A stretch of 40,132 nucleotides of DNA from assembly GCA_031284165.1 (NCBI GenBank), contig JAITAK010000028.1:1-40132 (forward strand). The letters run 5' to 3'. Each line of letters starts with the position of its first letter. Positions within the stretch are counted from its first letter, which is position 1. This document shows positions 7,964 through 16,912 of this stretch, one piece after another. The stretch comes from Puniceicoccales bacterium (lineage in GTDB: Bacteria > Verrucomicrobiota > Verrucomicrobiia > Opitutales > LL51). Position numbers and translations under genes: made by a program. The notes beneath the pieces were generated by a model. The model saw only the letters and a list, made by a program, of their open reading frames with translations. It made no database searches and had not been told where the DNA came from.

Positions 7964-8755
7964 GTGAAACGAGACTACGCGTGGAAATACATTTTTAGGG
8001 CTATAGCAGCTATAGGTCTTTTGGTAGTTTTTTTGAGGCTTTATCGCTACACTTATTATCAACAGAATATTTCATTGGGGGCCGTAGGTCCAAGTTGGGA
8101 TCACTGGTTCGGGACCGATCGTTTAGGACGGGACTTATTTTCTCGCGTTGCCTATGCCTGTGGGATTTCTCTATCCATTGGGGTTTTAGCGGCATTATTT
8201 GCGGTAAGTTTTGGTACATGTTATGGGATAATCGCTGCGTATTGTGGAGGCAAAATCGATTTAATATTGATGCGTATCGTAGATATCCTCTATCCTATTC
8301 CCCTCACGCTGATTGCCATTCTACTGATGGTCATTTTGGGGAGACACATTGGCGTCCTATTTTTCGCCATTAGCATCGTTGAATGGATGACCACGGCACG
8401 CATTATTCGCTCAGAGGTGTTAAAAGTTAAAGCAATGGGATACATTCAAGCAGCCAAAGGGTTAGGGCAAAATGGATCCCTCATCATTATCAAACACGTA
8501 TTGCCCAATATTTCAGGGACAATTCAAGTTTGTTTTATGATGACGCTTCCTGGAGTCATTTTATTAGAGTCTTTTTTGAGTTTTTTAGGCATAGGAATCC
8601 AGCCCCCTAAGAGTTCCTTGGGCGTTCTTATCGCCGAAGGTGCCAAATTTATGGCGACTGCGCCGTGGCAGACTTTATTCCCCACTTTAATTTTCGTTGG
8701 GATTATATTTACGCTGACCTTTTACGGTGATCGCATAAGCCACAATAAGGCTTGA
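7964..8755 (+). CDS. ABC transporter permease, oligopeptide/dipeptide OppC/DppC type
   Basis: DHWFGTDRLGRDLFSRV is the typical OppC periplasmic-loop motif. Six TM segments; EAA-like region IQAAKGLGQNGSLIIIKHVLPN. GTG start. No oppA/B/D/F is adjacent. Confidence 0.8.
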   Translation: MKRDYAWKYIFRAIAAIGLLVVFLRLYRYTYYQQNISLGAVGPSWDHWFGTDRLGRDLFSRVAYACGISLSIGVLAALFAVSFGTCYGIIAAYCGGKIDLILMRIVDILYPIPLTLIAILLMVILGRHIGVLFFAISIVEWMTTARIIRSEVLKVKAMGYIQAAKGLGQNGSLIIIKHVLPNISGTIQVCFMMTLPGVILLESFLSFLGIGIQPPKSSLGVLIAEGAKFMATAPWQTLFPTLIFVGIIFTLTFYGDRISHNKA

Positions 8756-8834
8756 ACTCAAAAGACGATGTTCACTAAAAATTTTGCAAATGCCATTGAA
8801 AAACAGCACACCCTCTTTTATAGGACATTGTAGT

Positions 8835-9821
8835 ATGAAGAAAATTTTCTCAGCATTAGCTTTATCGTGGAATTCCGCATTGATCTATGGACTCTCCATT
8901 TCATGGCCAACGACGATGAATCCGCTAAAGCATCCTTCTCGGAGCATCGATGATTGCATCCAATGGACAGCGTCCGGAAAATTGGAGTCCGGAAAATTTG
9001 GGTTAGTCCGCAACGGCGGCACTAAATTTCACGAAGGCATCGATATAAAATCTCACTTTAAAGGGAGAAATGATATCCCTAACGATGCAATTTATGCTTT
9101 TATGGATGGGAAGGTCGTTTATGTCAATACCTCTGAAAAGGCAAGCAGCTATGGATGTTATATCGTTCTAGAACACGAATATTTTTTGACATTGTACGCT
9201 CACCTAGCATCTATAAGCGTCAAGCTAGGCGATAAAGTAAAGGCTGGAGAAAGCATAGGCGTTTTAGGGACGAGTTCTAAGGATATCAAGATTCCTCGCT
9301 CACGGGCACATCTCCATTTCGAAATTGATTTTCAAACGGGCACAGCAGAGGCTTTTCAACGATGGTACGACGCACATTACAAAGATCGTCATCCTCATGG
9401 TCCTTTCAATGGCTTGAATTTGATCGGCGTAGATCCGATAGAGAATATGGAAAAGCTTATTCAAGGTGTGAGACCCACAGATCTTTTTATTGGCGAACAA
9501 GAAGCTATAACCCTTCAAATTATCAGTACTCACGTCCCTTGGTTTATAGAACGTTATCCTTTTTTTCTATCCAAGGATATAGATCGCACGAAACCCATCA
9601 AGGGTTGGCATATTGAATTTACGTGGTTTGGTTTGCCTAAAAAATGGCTACCCGTCACTGAGGTTGATCCTAAAGCTCCTTCTTTAAAGTTAATTTCCTA
9701 TCGCCAATCATTAAAACATAAAGCGGTGTTGCGCAAAGTCTTAAAGGTAGAAAAAAATGGCGTTGCCCTAGGCTCACGTGTTATTAACACTCTCCAGAAG
9801 ATGGGTTTTAAAGTCAAATAG
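8835..9821 (+). CDS. M23 family metallopeptidase (LytM/NlpD-like), exported
   Basis: HEGIDI (HxxxD) and HLHFEI (HxH) zinc motifs. Signal peptide from ATG 8835 (MKKIFSALALS...). The ORF track start 8784 is a TTG extension. Confidence 0.8.
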   Translation: MKKIFSALALSWNSALIYGLSISWPTTMNPLKHPSRSIDDCIQWTASGKLESGKFGLVRNGGTKFHEGIDIKSHFKGRNDIPNDAIYAFMDGKVVYVNTSEKASSYGCYIVLEHEYFLTLYAHLASISVKLGDKVKAGESIGVLGTSSKDIKIPRSRAHLHFEIDFQTGTAEAFQRWYDAHYKDRHPHGPFNGLNLIGVDPIENMEKLIQGVRPTDLFIGEQEAITLQIISTHVPWFIERYPFFLSKDIDRTKPIKGWHIEFTWFGLPKKWLPVTEVDPKAPSLKLISYRQSLKHKAVLRKVLKVEKNGVALGSRVINTLQKMGFKVK

Positions 9822-9868
9822 CCTTCTAGAAGACGCTTCGGCGTTAAATGATCATCAGCGCCCTTTGA

Positions 9869-10531
9869 TCAATATTGTGTGTTCAAAGTCTCTAAATTCT
9901 TTGCCTCTGCGGGAATGGCTTCATTAATGTTAGATGTCTTCTCATTGCTTCCAGCTTTAAAAAGCTTTCCGTCATCTTCACTAAGATCTTTATACCAACG
10001 CACTTGGCCATCAAGAAAAGCAATAAATCCTCCATCGCTGCCGTAAACACCCTCAGATGACGACCATTTTCCATCTTCTGATAATCCACGGGAAAAAGCA
10101 ATGGGCGTCGTCGCAGCATCGACTTCGCTCGTTATATTGCCGATAAGACAAACGCTTAACCGTTTATTGATATCGATTTCCCATGCTTCAGCATCGTCAT
10201 CCCTAGGCCATATATTTTCGCGGCGAACGGTAGCCGCTTTGCTATCTCCTGGAAAGACAAATAAATTGGCATTATTAAGCTCTCCATTTTTCGCCAAGGC
10301 TTCTGCTAATGCTACGCTGGAAGTTGCATCGGGAATGTAGCCGTTTTCCTGATAATAGCGACAATAAGCTCCGGCGATTTCCTTCATACAGGTTCTCGCT
10401 TTTGTCTTACGTGAATTAAGGAGGACTTTTTGTGTTGCCGGTAAAATGATGGTCATCAATAAAGCAATAATGCTCGTCACAATGATCATTTCCACGAGTG
10501 TAAATGCTTTTCTATATTTTGAATCTTTCAT
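9869..10531 (-). CDS. Prepilin-type N-terminal cleavage/methylation domain protein (pilin/pseudopilin-like, paralogue A)
   Basis: KAFTLVEMIIVTSIIALLMTIILP is a class III signal plus hydrophobic helix. The C-terminal GGFIAFLDGQVRWY and EAIP motifs are shared with the two upstream paralogues. Alternative start ATG 10579. Confidence 0.8.
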   Translation of the reverse strand: MKDSKYRKAFTLVEMIIVTSIIALLMTIILPATQKVLLNSRKTKARTCMKEIAGAYCRYYQENGYIPDATSSVALAEALAKNGELNNANLFVFPGDSKAATVRRENIWPRDDDAEAWEIDINKRLSVCLIGNITSEVDAATTPIAFSRGLSEDGKWSSSEGVYGSDGGFIAFLDGQVRWYKDLSEDDGKLFKAGSNEKTSNINEAIPAEAKNLETLNTQY

Positions 10532-10597
10532 GAATGCCGGCTTATTCAAGAATTTTAGCCATAAAAGATGCGTTGCCATTGCTGTTCATTATTCAGC

Positions 10598-11299
10598 TTA
10601 AGCGGTAAGAGCAGTCAGAATTCTGCTCCCTGAAGGAATAGCTTCTGAAATATCACTTGTTGTTGCAGTCATATCCGCCTTCCACAATTTATTTTCGACG
10701 TCGTCGAACCATTTTACTTGCCCATCAAGGAAGGCGATGTAGCCTCCTTTTTTAAACACACCGTTATCGTCCCAATGGCCATTTTGATTTAACCCGCGCG
10801 TAAAGATGATAGGCGTTGTATTCGGTGGACAAAATGCAGGGAGATCGACGATGATATTGATGCTGAAGCTATGCTCGTTATCGCGTGTAGACCAACATTG
10901 GGCATCAGTGATGCCATCAGCAGCGACGATAGTGTCTCTTTTGGATTTATTGATCCGTTGCGCTTTAGCATCTGATGAAAAGACGTAACCATTGGGATCG
11001 TTTAAAAAGCCCGCTTGAGCTAAAGTTAAGGCAAAATCGGCAACATTTTTCGGATGATGGCCGTCCGCACTTATAAAATCACCTTTGGTTTCCCGATACA
11101 TCAAATAAGCGTCAGCGAGTTTTTTCATACAGTTCATTGCGTTCACTTTACGCGAACGCTCCAGAACACCGCTAATGGATGGAACAACAAAGGACATCAA
11201 AATCCCCATAACGGCTATGACAACGACGACTTCAATCAGTGTGAATGCGCTGCGTCGCTCTCTCGCACTATTCACTGGAAGGTTTAGCGATCTTTTCAC
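10598..11299 (-). CDS. Prepilin-type N-terminal cleavage/methylation domain protein (paralogue B)
   Basis: SAFTLIEVVVVIAVMGILMSFVVP, TTPIIFTRGL, GGYIAFLDGQVKWF and EAIP motifs. The GTG start (11299, or 11275) overlaps the stop of paralogue C. Confidence 0.8.
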   Translation of the reverse strand: MKRSLNLPVNSARERRSAFTLIEVVVVIAVMGILMSFVVPSISGVLERSRKVNAMNCMKKLADAYLMYRETKGDFISADGHHPKNVADFALTLAQAGFLNDPNGYVFSSDAKAQRINKSKRDTIVAADGITDAQCWSTRDNEHSFSINIIVDLPAFCPPNTTPIIFTRGLNQNGHWDDNGVFKKGGYIAFLDGQVKWFDDVENKLWKADMTATTSDISEAIPSGSRILTALTA

Positions 11300-12044
11300 T
11301 AGCGCTCAAGATTTTCGCTGTTTCTGGGATGGTATCGTGAATTTTGTTTGTTCTTGTTCCATTCCAAGCGACTAACTTTCCATTTTGGTCATCTCCGAGA
11401 TCGTCGTACCATTCCACATGGCCGTCGAGGTAGGCGATATATCCTCCCTGGCTACTATAGACTCCATTGGTTTCATCGCTACTATTCCATGGCCATTTGG
11501 CTACCTTTGCAGGAACTTCTCCGCTTCCAGAAGTAGAGTGATCATGCTTTATTGCCGGAATTCCACGGGTAAAAGCAATAGGAGTGGTCGATAAAGGCGC
11601 ATCTATAGGAACACCGCTAATGACGTAGACGCTAAATTCATATTTTTCGTTGACCGTACGCCAGACAGCATTCAGAGTGTCTGTTTCAGAGCTTTTGTTA
11701 TTGTGTACGATTGAGTTTCTAAGCACTTCTGATGCTCCACTGTCTCCTGAAAAACAGTAAGCTCTAGGATCGTTTAAATATTTATTCTGAGCTAATATCA
11801 TTGCCCAATCTGTTCCCTTCTCTACGCTCGCAGGAATATTACGACCATTAACATCATCGTTGCAGTATTGGCTGTAAGCCATTGCAATTTGCTTTAAACA
11901 GGTTGCCCCACGGGTACGACGCGCATTCTCTAAACTCTTGCTAACCCAAGGAACGAGTATCGATATTAAAATACCAATAATGGCGAGTGCGACTAATATT
12001 TCGATCAGTGAAAAACCATTCTTTATTTCTCTTTTCGTTTTCAT
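11268..12044 (-). CDS. Prepilin-type N-terminal cleavage/methylation domain protein (paralogue C)
   Basis: MKTKREIKNGFSLIEILVALAIIGILISILVP (Gly at -1), TTPIAFTRGI, GGYIAYLDGHVEWY and DTIP motifs. The ORF track start 12161 (GTG) adds 39 aa with no pilin-leader character. Confidence 0.8.
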   Translation of the reverse strand: MKTKREIKNGFSLIEILVALAIIGILISILVPWVSKSLENARRTRGATCLKQIAMAYSQYCNDDVNGRNIPASVEKGTDWAMILAQNKYLNDPRAYCFSGDSGASEVLRNSIVHNNKSSETDTLNAVWRTVNEKYEFSVYVISGVPIDAPLSTTPIAFTRGIPAIKHDHSTSGSGEVPAKVAKWPWNSSDETNGVYSSQGGYIAYLDGHVEWYDDLGDDQNGKLVAWNGTRTNKIHDTIPETAKILSASEKIAKPSSE

Positions 12045-12333
12045 ACTACTGCTTGCTGCTTTTCCATTATTGTTATTCCATAAACTTATGTCAAATTTAA
12101 TTGGCGAAAAGTCGTAAACTTTGTTTAGTATGTGTATAATCTGAGGTTCTGCCTCAGACACCGCAAGGCGTCAATCGATTTTTTAACCCCTTTTAACGAC
12201 AGCAGAATGTGAGCGAAACGCGCATAACTTCGTCGTAGGAGTATAGCGTAAGATTTAGCCTCATGGCTTGATCCGCACAGGGCACGCTATAAATTTCGTC
12301 CAGAAAAAGGCTGTTTACAGTCTCTATCTTATC

Positions 12334-13242
12334 TCATCGCTTCTTAGCATGGCCTTTCAAAAATTGATTCAAGGCCTCTATATAATGTTCTTCCGTATTC
12401 ACTTCAAAAAAATCGATGCCCATTTTCATTAGCTGTTCATTGAGCAGGTCGTTATAGCGTTTTTTTTCCGCTTTATAACTCCTTTGAAACTGCTGCTCTG
12501 AGGTATCGATTTCCAAAATCGCGCCCGTTTCTTGATCTTCAAAGATAATAATTCCCAGATTCGATAAATCGCGTTCCCTGGGATCTTCAACTCTTAGACA
12601 AACTAGATCATGGCGTCGGTGAGTAATCGCCAACGCATCCGTGAGTTGTTTCATTTTTTGTAGGTTAGGCTGAAGGAAGTCGCTCAATAAAAAAATAATC
12701 GCCCGTTTCTTAAGCATCTGATTTAGGTAGCGCATCGTTCCGATGAGATCTGTACCTTTAGATCGCGGTTCATGGAACAAAATATCACGGATAATACGCA
12801 GAATGTGTTTTCGCCCCTTAGCTGGTGGAGTGAAGCGCTCAATAGCATCGGAAAATAAAAGCAATCCTACTTTATCATTATTGCGATTTGCCGAAAATGC
12901 CAATATACTCGAAATTTCCGTCAAAATTTCCCGCTTACTGAGGCTCACGCTCCCAAAATCTAAGGAAGCACTGCTGTCGACGACTAATAAAACGGTTAAT
13001 TCCCGTTCTTCGCGGAATTTTTTGATAAAGGGGCGATTCATTTTCGCCGTTATATTCCAATCGATAGAACGAATATCATCACCTATAGCGTACTCGCGCA
13101 CTTCTTCAAAGTCCATCCCTTGTCCTTTGAAAATGCTGCGATAAGACCCCATGAAGTGATCGTCTAAGAGACGATTGGTCCGCACTTCTAGATGACGCAC
13201 TTTCTTTAAAACATTGCGGATGACCTCTGTTCTGATATCCAT
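12334..13242 (-). CDS. DUF58 (vWA-like) protein, MoxR partner
   Basis: GDDIRSIDWNITAK is the characteristic DUF58 motif, followed by a vWA-like LLVVDSSASLDFGS block. The gene lies immediately downstream of the MoxR ATPase. Start is ATG 13242, or TTG 13266 overlapping the moxR stop. Confidence 0.8.
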   Translation of the reverse strand: MDIRTEVIRNVLKKVRHLEVRTNRLLDDHFMGSYRSIFKGQGMDFEEVREYAIGDDIRSIDWNITAKMNRPFIKKFREERELTVLLVVDSSASLDFGSVSLSKREILTEISSILAFSANRNNDKVGLLLFSDAIERFTPPAKGRKHILRIIRDILFHEPRSKGTDLIGTMRYLNQMLKKRAIIFLLSDFLQPNLQKMKQLTDALAITHRRHDLVCLRVEDPRERDLSNLGIIIFEDQETGAILEIDTSEQQFQRSYKAEKKRYNDLLNEQLMKMGIDFFEVNTEEHYIEALNQFLKGHAKKR

Positions 13243-13262
13243 AGCATTTACGTAGAAAAATC

Positions 13263-14252
13263 TCAAGGAACGGGAATGGTATTGAGTATTTTAGAGACGA
13301 TGTTTTCCGCGGTTGTATTTTCAGCTTCGGCCTCGTAGGTCACCATAATGCGATGGCGTAAAACATCCATGGCGATGGATTTAACGTCTTGGGGCGTCAC
13401 GTATCCTCGTCCCTGGAGAAATGCCCATGCCCGCGATGCCATGGCTAACGAAATCGTCGCCCGAGGCGAGGCGCCAAATTCTATAAAATGATTTATGTTG
13501 ACCCCGAAATCGCTTGGCTTACGTGTCGCAAAGACAAGTTTAACAATATAATCGCAAATTTTTTCATCCATATAGATCTCATCGAGCAGCTTGCGCGAAT
13601 TTAAGATAGTTTCGGGTTCGATTACCGAACGCACTTCCGTATGAGGCTGACTTTTACCCATGGCACTCAAAATGCGCTTTTCCTGCTCCATATCGGGATA
13701 TTCAATATTTAATTTCATCAAAAACCGATCTACCTGGGCCTCAGGTAACGGATAGGTTCCTTCTTGATCGATAGGATTTTCGGTTGCGAATACGATGAAG
13801 GGATCGATTAATTTATAGGAAGTCTCGGCAATAGTCACTTGCCGTTCTTGCATAGCCTCTAACAGTGCACTTTGGACCTTTGCTGGCGAACGATTGATCT
13901 CATCGGCAAGGATAATATTGGCAAAGATAGGCCCCTTTTTGACAATAAATACTGCTTCTTTAGGATTGTAGACCAATGTGCCAATAATATCCGCTGGTAA
14001 GAGATCCGGCGTAAATTGAATGCGCCGAAAATCCGCTCTAATTAATGCCGCAAGCGTTTTAACGCTCAGTGTTTTAGCCAGTCCGGGCACACCTTCTAAG
14101 AGTACATGTCCATTGGCAAGTAAACCGACGATCATGCGATCAATCATGTATCGTTGGCCTACGATGACGCGACTCATTTCGTCGCGCAACAGAGAAATCC
14201 AACTGGAAGCTTCCCGGATCTGATTATTGAGTTCGAGTAAATTTCCTGACAT
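13263..14252 (-). CDS. MoxR-family AAA+ ATPase
   Basis: Walker A LLEGVPGLAKT and Walker B ILADEINR. The 329-aa length and the downstream DUF58 gene are the classical MoxR arrangement. Confidence 0.9.
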   Translation of the reverse strand: MSGNLLELNNQIREASSWISLLRDEMSRVIVGQRYMIDRMIVGLLANGHVLLEGVPGLAKTLSVKTLAALIRADFRRIQFTPDLLPADIIGTLVYNPKEAVFIVKKGPIFANIILADEINRSPAKVQSALLEAMQERQVTIAETSYKLIDPFIVFATENPIDQEGTYPLPEAQVDRFLMKLNIEYPDMEQEKRILSAMGKSQPHTEVRSVIEPETILNSRKLLDEIYMDEKICDYIVKLVFATRKPSDFGVNINHFIEFGASPRATISLAMASRAWAFLQGRGYVTPQDVKSIAMDVLRHRIMVTYEAEAENTTAENIVSKILNTIPVP

Positions 14253-14453
14253 ATGCTATACGCTCATATAACTTTTGGTCGCCATAAGCCAACAAAAAAA
14301 TGCCTTAAACTTAAGTTATCGCTATAAGCGCCTTTAATAAGGCTTTTCGTCCTTAGGCAATGAAGTGAAAAAACTAGAACGCAACTATGGCACTAAACGC
14401 ACTAAACCCTGAACGCCTTTGTTCGTCGATTAAAAAGTATCAACACGAAGTCA

Positions 14454-16820
14454 CTATAAGTTAAGGCGGGGAGGTTCTTGTTTTGGTTCCCTGTGATGGG
14501 TGCGGGCTGGTGTACCACTGGGAGAAAGGATGTTTGCCGTAACAAAGATAAGGAGATTTTTCTTTTGACTTGTTTCGCCTTTGGAGCGGAACAATTTTCC
14601 AATGAATGGTATATCACCCAGGAGTGGGATTTTATCATGAACCTCTTTAATTTCTTCGCGAGTGAGTCCTCCCATGACTACGGTAGCGCCGTCATAGATG
14701 GTGACTTCGGTTTGAATTTCCCGTGTTGAAAATATAGGTTGAAAAAATCCTGGAGGAAGATCGACCGTCGTATTCCCTTGGATAGCGATACTGCGACCGC
14801 CGTATTCAATAAATCCCTCAAATTCCGTAACTCTAGGGGCTAGTTGTAAACTGATGCAATGATTTTCTTCGACGATGGGAGTAACGTTCATTTCGACGCC
14901 CACATTTCTGGTTTCAAAATCACTGGGGGTACCGGCGGTAATCGTCACACCAGCGGAATTAGCATCGCCGGTACCGACCTCTGATTTTATTTCGCCGTAG
15001 GTTTTAGGATAGATAAATTCTTGGGCAACGATAATTTTTGCCGTTTTTCCAGAGAGGACGGTTAATTTAGGCGCGCTCATCAGATCGGAATTTGATTGTT
15101 GTTCGAGGGCACGGAGTGTTAATCCGAGATTGATTTTATCGTTAATTACGCCCGCAAAATTACCGAGATTGACTGCCGATGTGCCAAGGTTAATCCCGCC
15201 AGGAGAGCTAGGTGCAGCGCTGGGAATAGGAATTGGAGGTATCGATGGTGTGTTGTTATTAGATCCAAAAACGATGGAACCATCGCCACCCGACGCATTT
15301 TTTATACTGAAAGCATCGGTAAGTCTGCGCAGGTTATGATTTCCACCAGAATGCGTCGTCAATGAATGCGTTTTATGACCGCTGGTATTCCTCCATGCGA
15401 AATTCATATTCCAGTCGAACTGCAATTCGTCGAGTTTTCCCTGTTGAATTTCGATAAACTTCGTTTCGATTTCCACCTGTTTTACCTGTTCATATTTCGA
15501 CAGAATTTCCTTAACGCGTTTTATATTGCGAAGACTTTGTGTCACGATGAGTTGCGAACCATCGTATGCCAAACTGCTGCCCTTAATCCCCGCAAAATTG
15601 ACGCCTGCCCTTTGCAGAAATTCTTTTATTAATCTTTCTTCTTCCCTCACGGATTTCAGTTCTGATACCGCTTTTTTATCATTTTTGTCTTTATTACCGA
15701 TATTATCGATGTTGTGGGCTCGAATGCCGGTCATACGAATGATTGCCGAACGAGAAATTTTGAAAAACTTAGTTTCTAAATTTTCACTCAAATCGCCTTC
15801 CGATTTACGGAAAACGATGACGTCATCTTCAATATCGAATTGATAGGTACTCGCTTTGGCGATAAAATTCAGGATTTTATCCAGAGGCATGTTTCTGAGA
15901 CTGAGGGAAATCGCAGGTTCCGCTTCATTAGGGGTAGCGATAACGATAACATTAACGCCTGCACTTTGGGAATTTTGTTCTTTGTCATAGGTTTCAGCTA
16001 AGTTTGCGATAACATCAATGGCCTGAGATAGCGGCGTATTATGGAATGAGATTTTGGGAATTATAATGCGATTGAGGCGTCTAAACGTATCGCTCCATTC
16101 TTCCCTTTCTTCTTGTGATTGAATATTTTCAACAGTAATTTTCGGAATTTGCCAAGTATCGCGAACGTCTTTTAAAAGTATATCCCTCGTTTTTTCGATA
16201 TTATTGGCGCCGTGGATATCTGTTTCTAAATTTTTCTGTTGGATATAAGTTTCGATGGCCTGCGCCTGTTTATTGTTGGGGTCACTTCGAAGAATAATTT
16301 GGGCAATGTTATGAGCTTCTTGCAACTCATCAACTAAAAGTAAGGAGCGCGCTTTTAGGACAAGATAGTTAATTCTCTTCCTTGGAATTGTAACTGTTTC
16401 ACCATCCAAGTCCTTTCCAACGCCATGAGGATAATGATTAAAGATTGGTTTTTCATCGTTTAACTTTGATTTTGAGTGGTCTGAGTTATTCAGGTTTGAT
16501 TTCTCGCGGTTTAGTTCTGACGGGGCTACCATTTTGGTCAGGGACGCGATTTCGTCTTTAACCTCTTGAGGCGCGGGGCTATGATCTTCGGTCCCATTTT
16601 TTTCTAAAGCTCGAGTTTCTGAGTCCTGAGCAACGACTTCTTCTGATATAAGGGCGGTAGCAGGTCCTCCAGAATCTTTTTTCAAAGAAGGCTGTTCCTC
16701 TTTAAGTACCGCGATTTCTTCGATAACTTCGATCTTTTCATCTTTGAGTGGTGAGCCAAAAATATTATTAATAATAATACAGCTCACGAAATATCGCAGT
16801 AAAAAATCCCTCCTCCACAT
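14454..16820 (-). CDS. Secretin (type II/type IV pilus-type outer-membrane channel, GspD/PilQ-like)
   Basis: C-terminal secretin domain with VVMGGL...IPLLGDIPFIGKLFRSKGETSQKKNLLIFVTANIL. Upstream N-domain-like repeats (VTQSLRNIKRVKEILSKYEQVKQVEIETKFIEI). Signal peptide, and AGGAAAAAAGG directly before the ATG. Confidence 0.85.
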   Translation of the reverse strand: MWRRDFLLRYFVSCIIINNIFGSPLKDEKIEVIEEIAVLKEEQPSLKKDSGGPATALISEEVVAQDSETRALEKNGTEDHSPAPQEVKDEIASLTKMVAPSELNREKSNLNNSDHSKSKLNDEKPIFNHYPHGVGKDLDGETVTIPRKRINYLVLKARSLLLVDELQEAHNIAQIILRSDPNNKQAQAIETYIQQKNLETDIHGANNIEKTRDILLKDVRDTWQIPKITVENIQSQEEREEWSDTFRRLNRIIIPKISFHNTPLSQAIDVIANLAETYDKEQNSQSAGVNVIVIATPNEAEPAISLSLRNMPLDKILNFIAKASTYQFDIEDDVIVFRKSEGDLSENLETKFFKISRSAIIRMTGIRAHNIDNIGNKDKNDKKAVSELKSVREEERLIKEFLQRAGVNFAGIKGSSLAYDGSQLIVTQSLRNIKRVKEILSKYEQVKQVEIETKFIEIQQGKLDELQFDWNMNFAWRNTSGHKTHSLTTHSGGNHNLRRLTDAFSIKNASGGDGSIVFGSNNNTPSIPPIPIPSAAPSSPGGINLGTSAVNLGNFAGVINDKINLGLTLRALEQQSNSDLMSAPKLTVLSGKTAKIIVAQEFIYPKTYGEIKSEVGTGDANSAGVTITAGTPSDFETRNVGVEMNVTPIVEENHCISLQLAPRVTEFEGFIEYGGRSIAIQGNTTVDLPPGFFQPIFSTREIQTEVTIYDGATVVMGGLTREEIKEVHDKIPLLGDIPFIGKLFRSKGETSQKKNLLIFVTANILSPSGTPARTHHREPKQEPPRLNL

Positions 16821-16834
16821 CCTTTTTTCCTAAA

Positions 16835-16861
16835 GATCGATAAATATCGATCTAATCGATA
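16835..16861. promoter_or_regulatory. Candidate operator: inverted repeat GATCGATA-aa-TATCGATC plus a third ATCGATA half-site
   Basis: Three ATCGAT palindromes (16836-16841, 16846-16851, 16855-16860) at 9-10 nt spacing, 15-40 nt upstream of the secretin ATG (16820). No binding protein is known. Confidence 0.3.
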
Positions 16862-16912
16862 AGCTAAATGAAATGGAGAAACAGTCAAGATGACTTCCAA
16901 AGCTTTACAGCT

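Noticed and set aside
12195-12240. Possible further degenerate copies of the ATGG-hairpin element: AATGTGAGCGAAACGCGCATAACTTCGTCGTAGG here, and CTATGGCACTAAACGC...TGTTCGTCG at about 14384-14432.
   Set aside because: They share only short words (ACGCGCA, TTCGTCG, TATGGC) with the clearer copies and do not form a convincing hairpin. The similarity could be chance.
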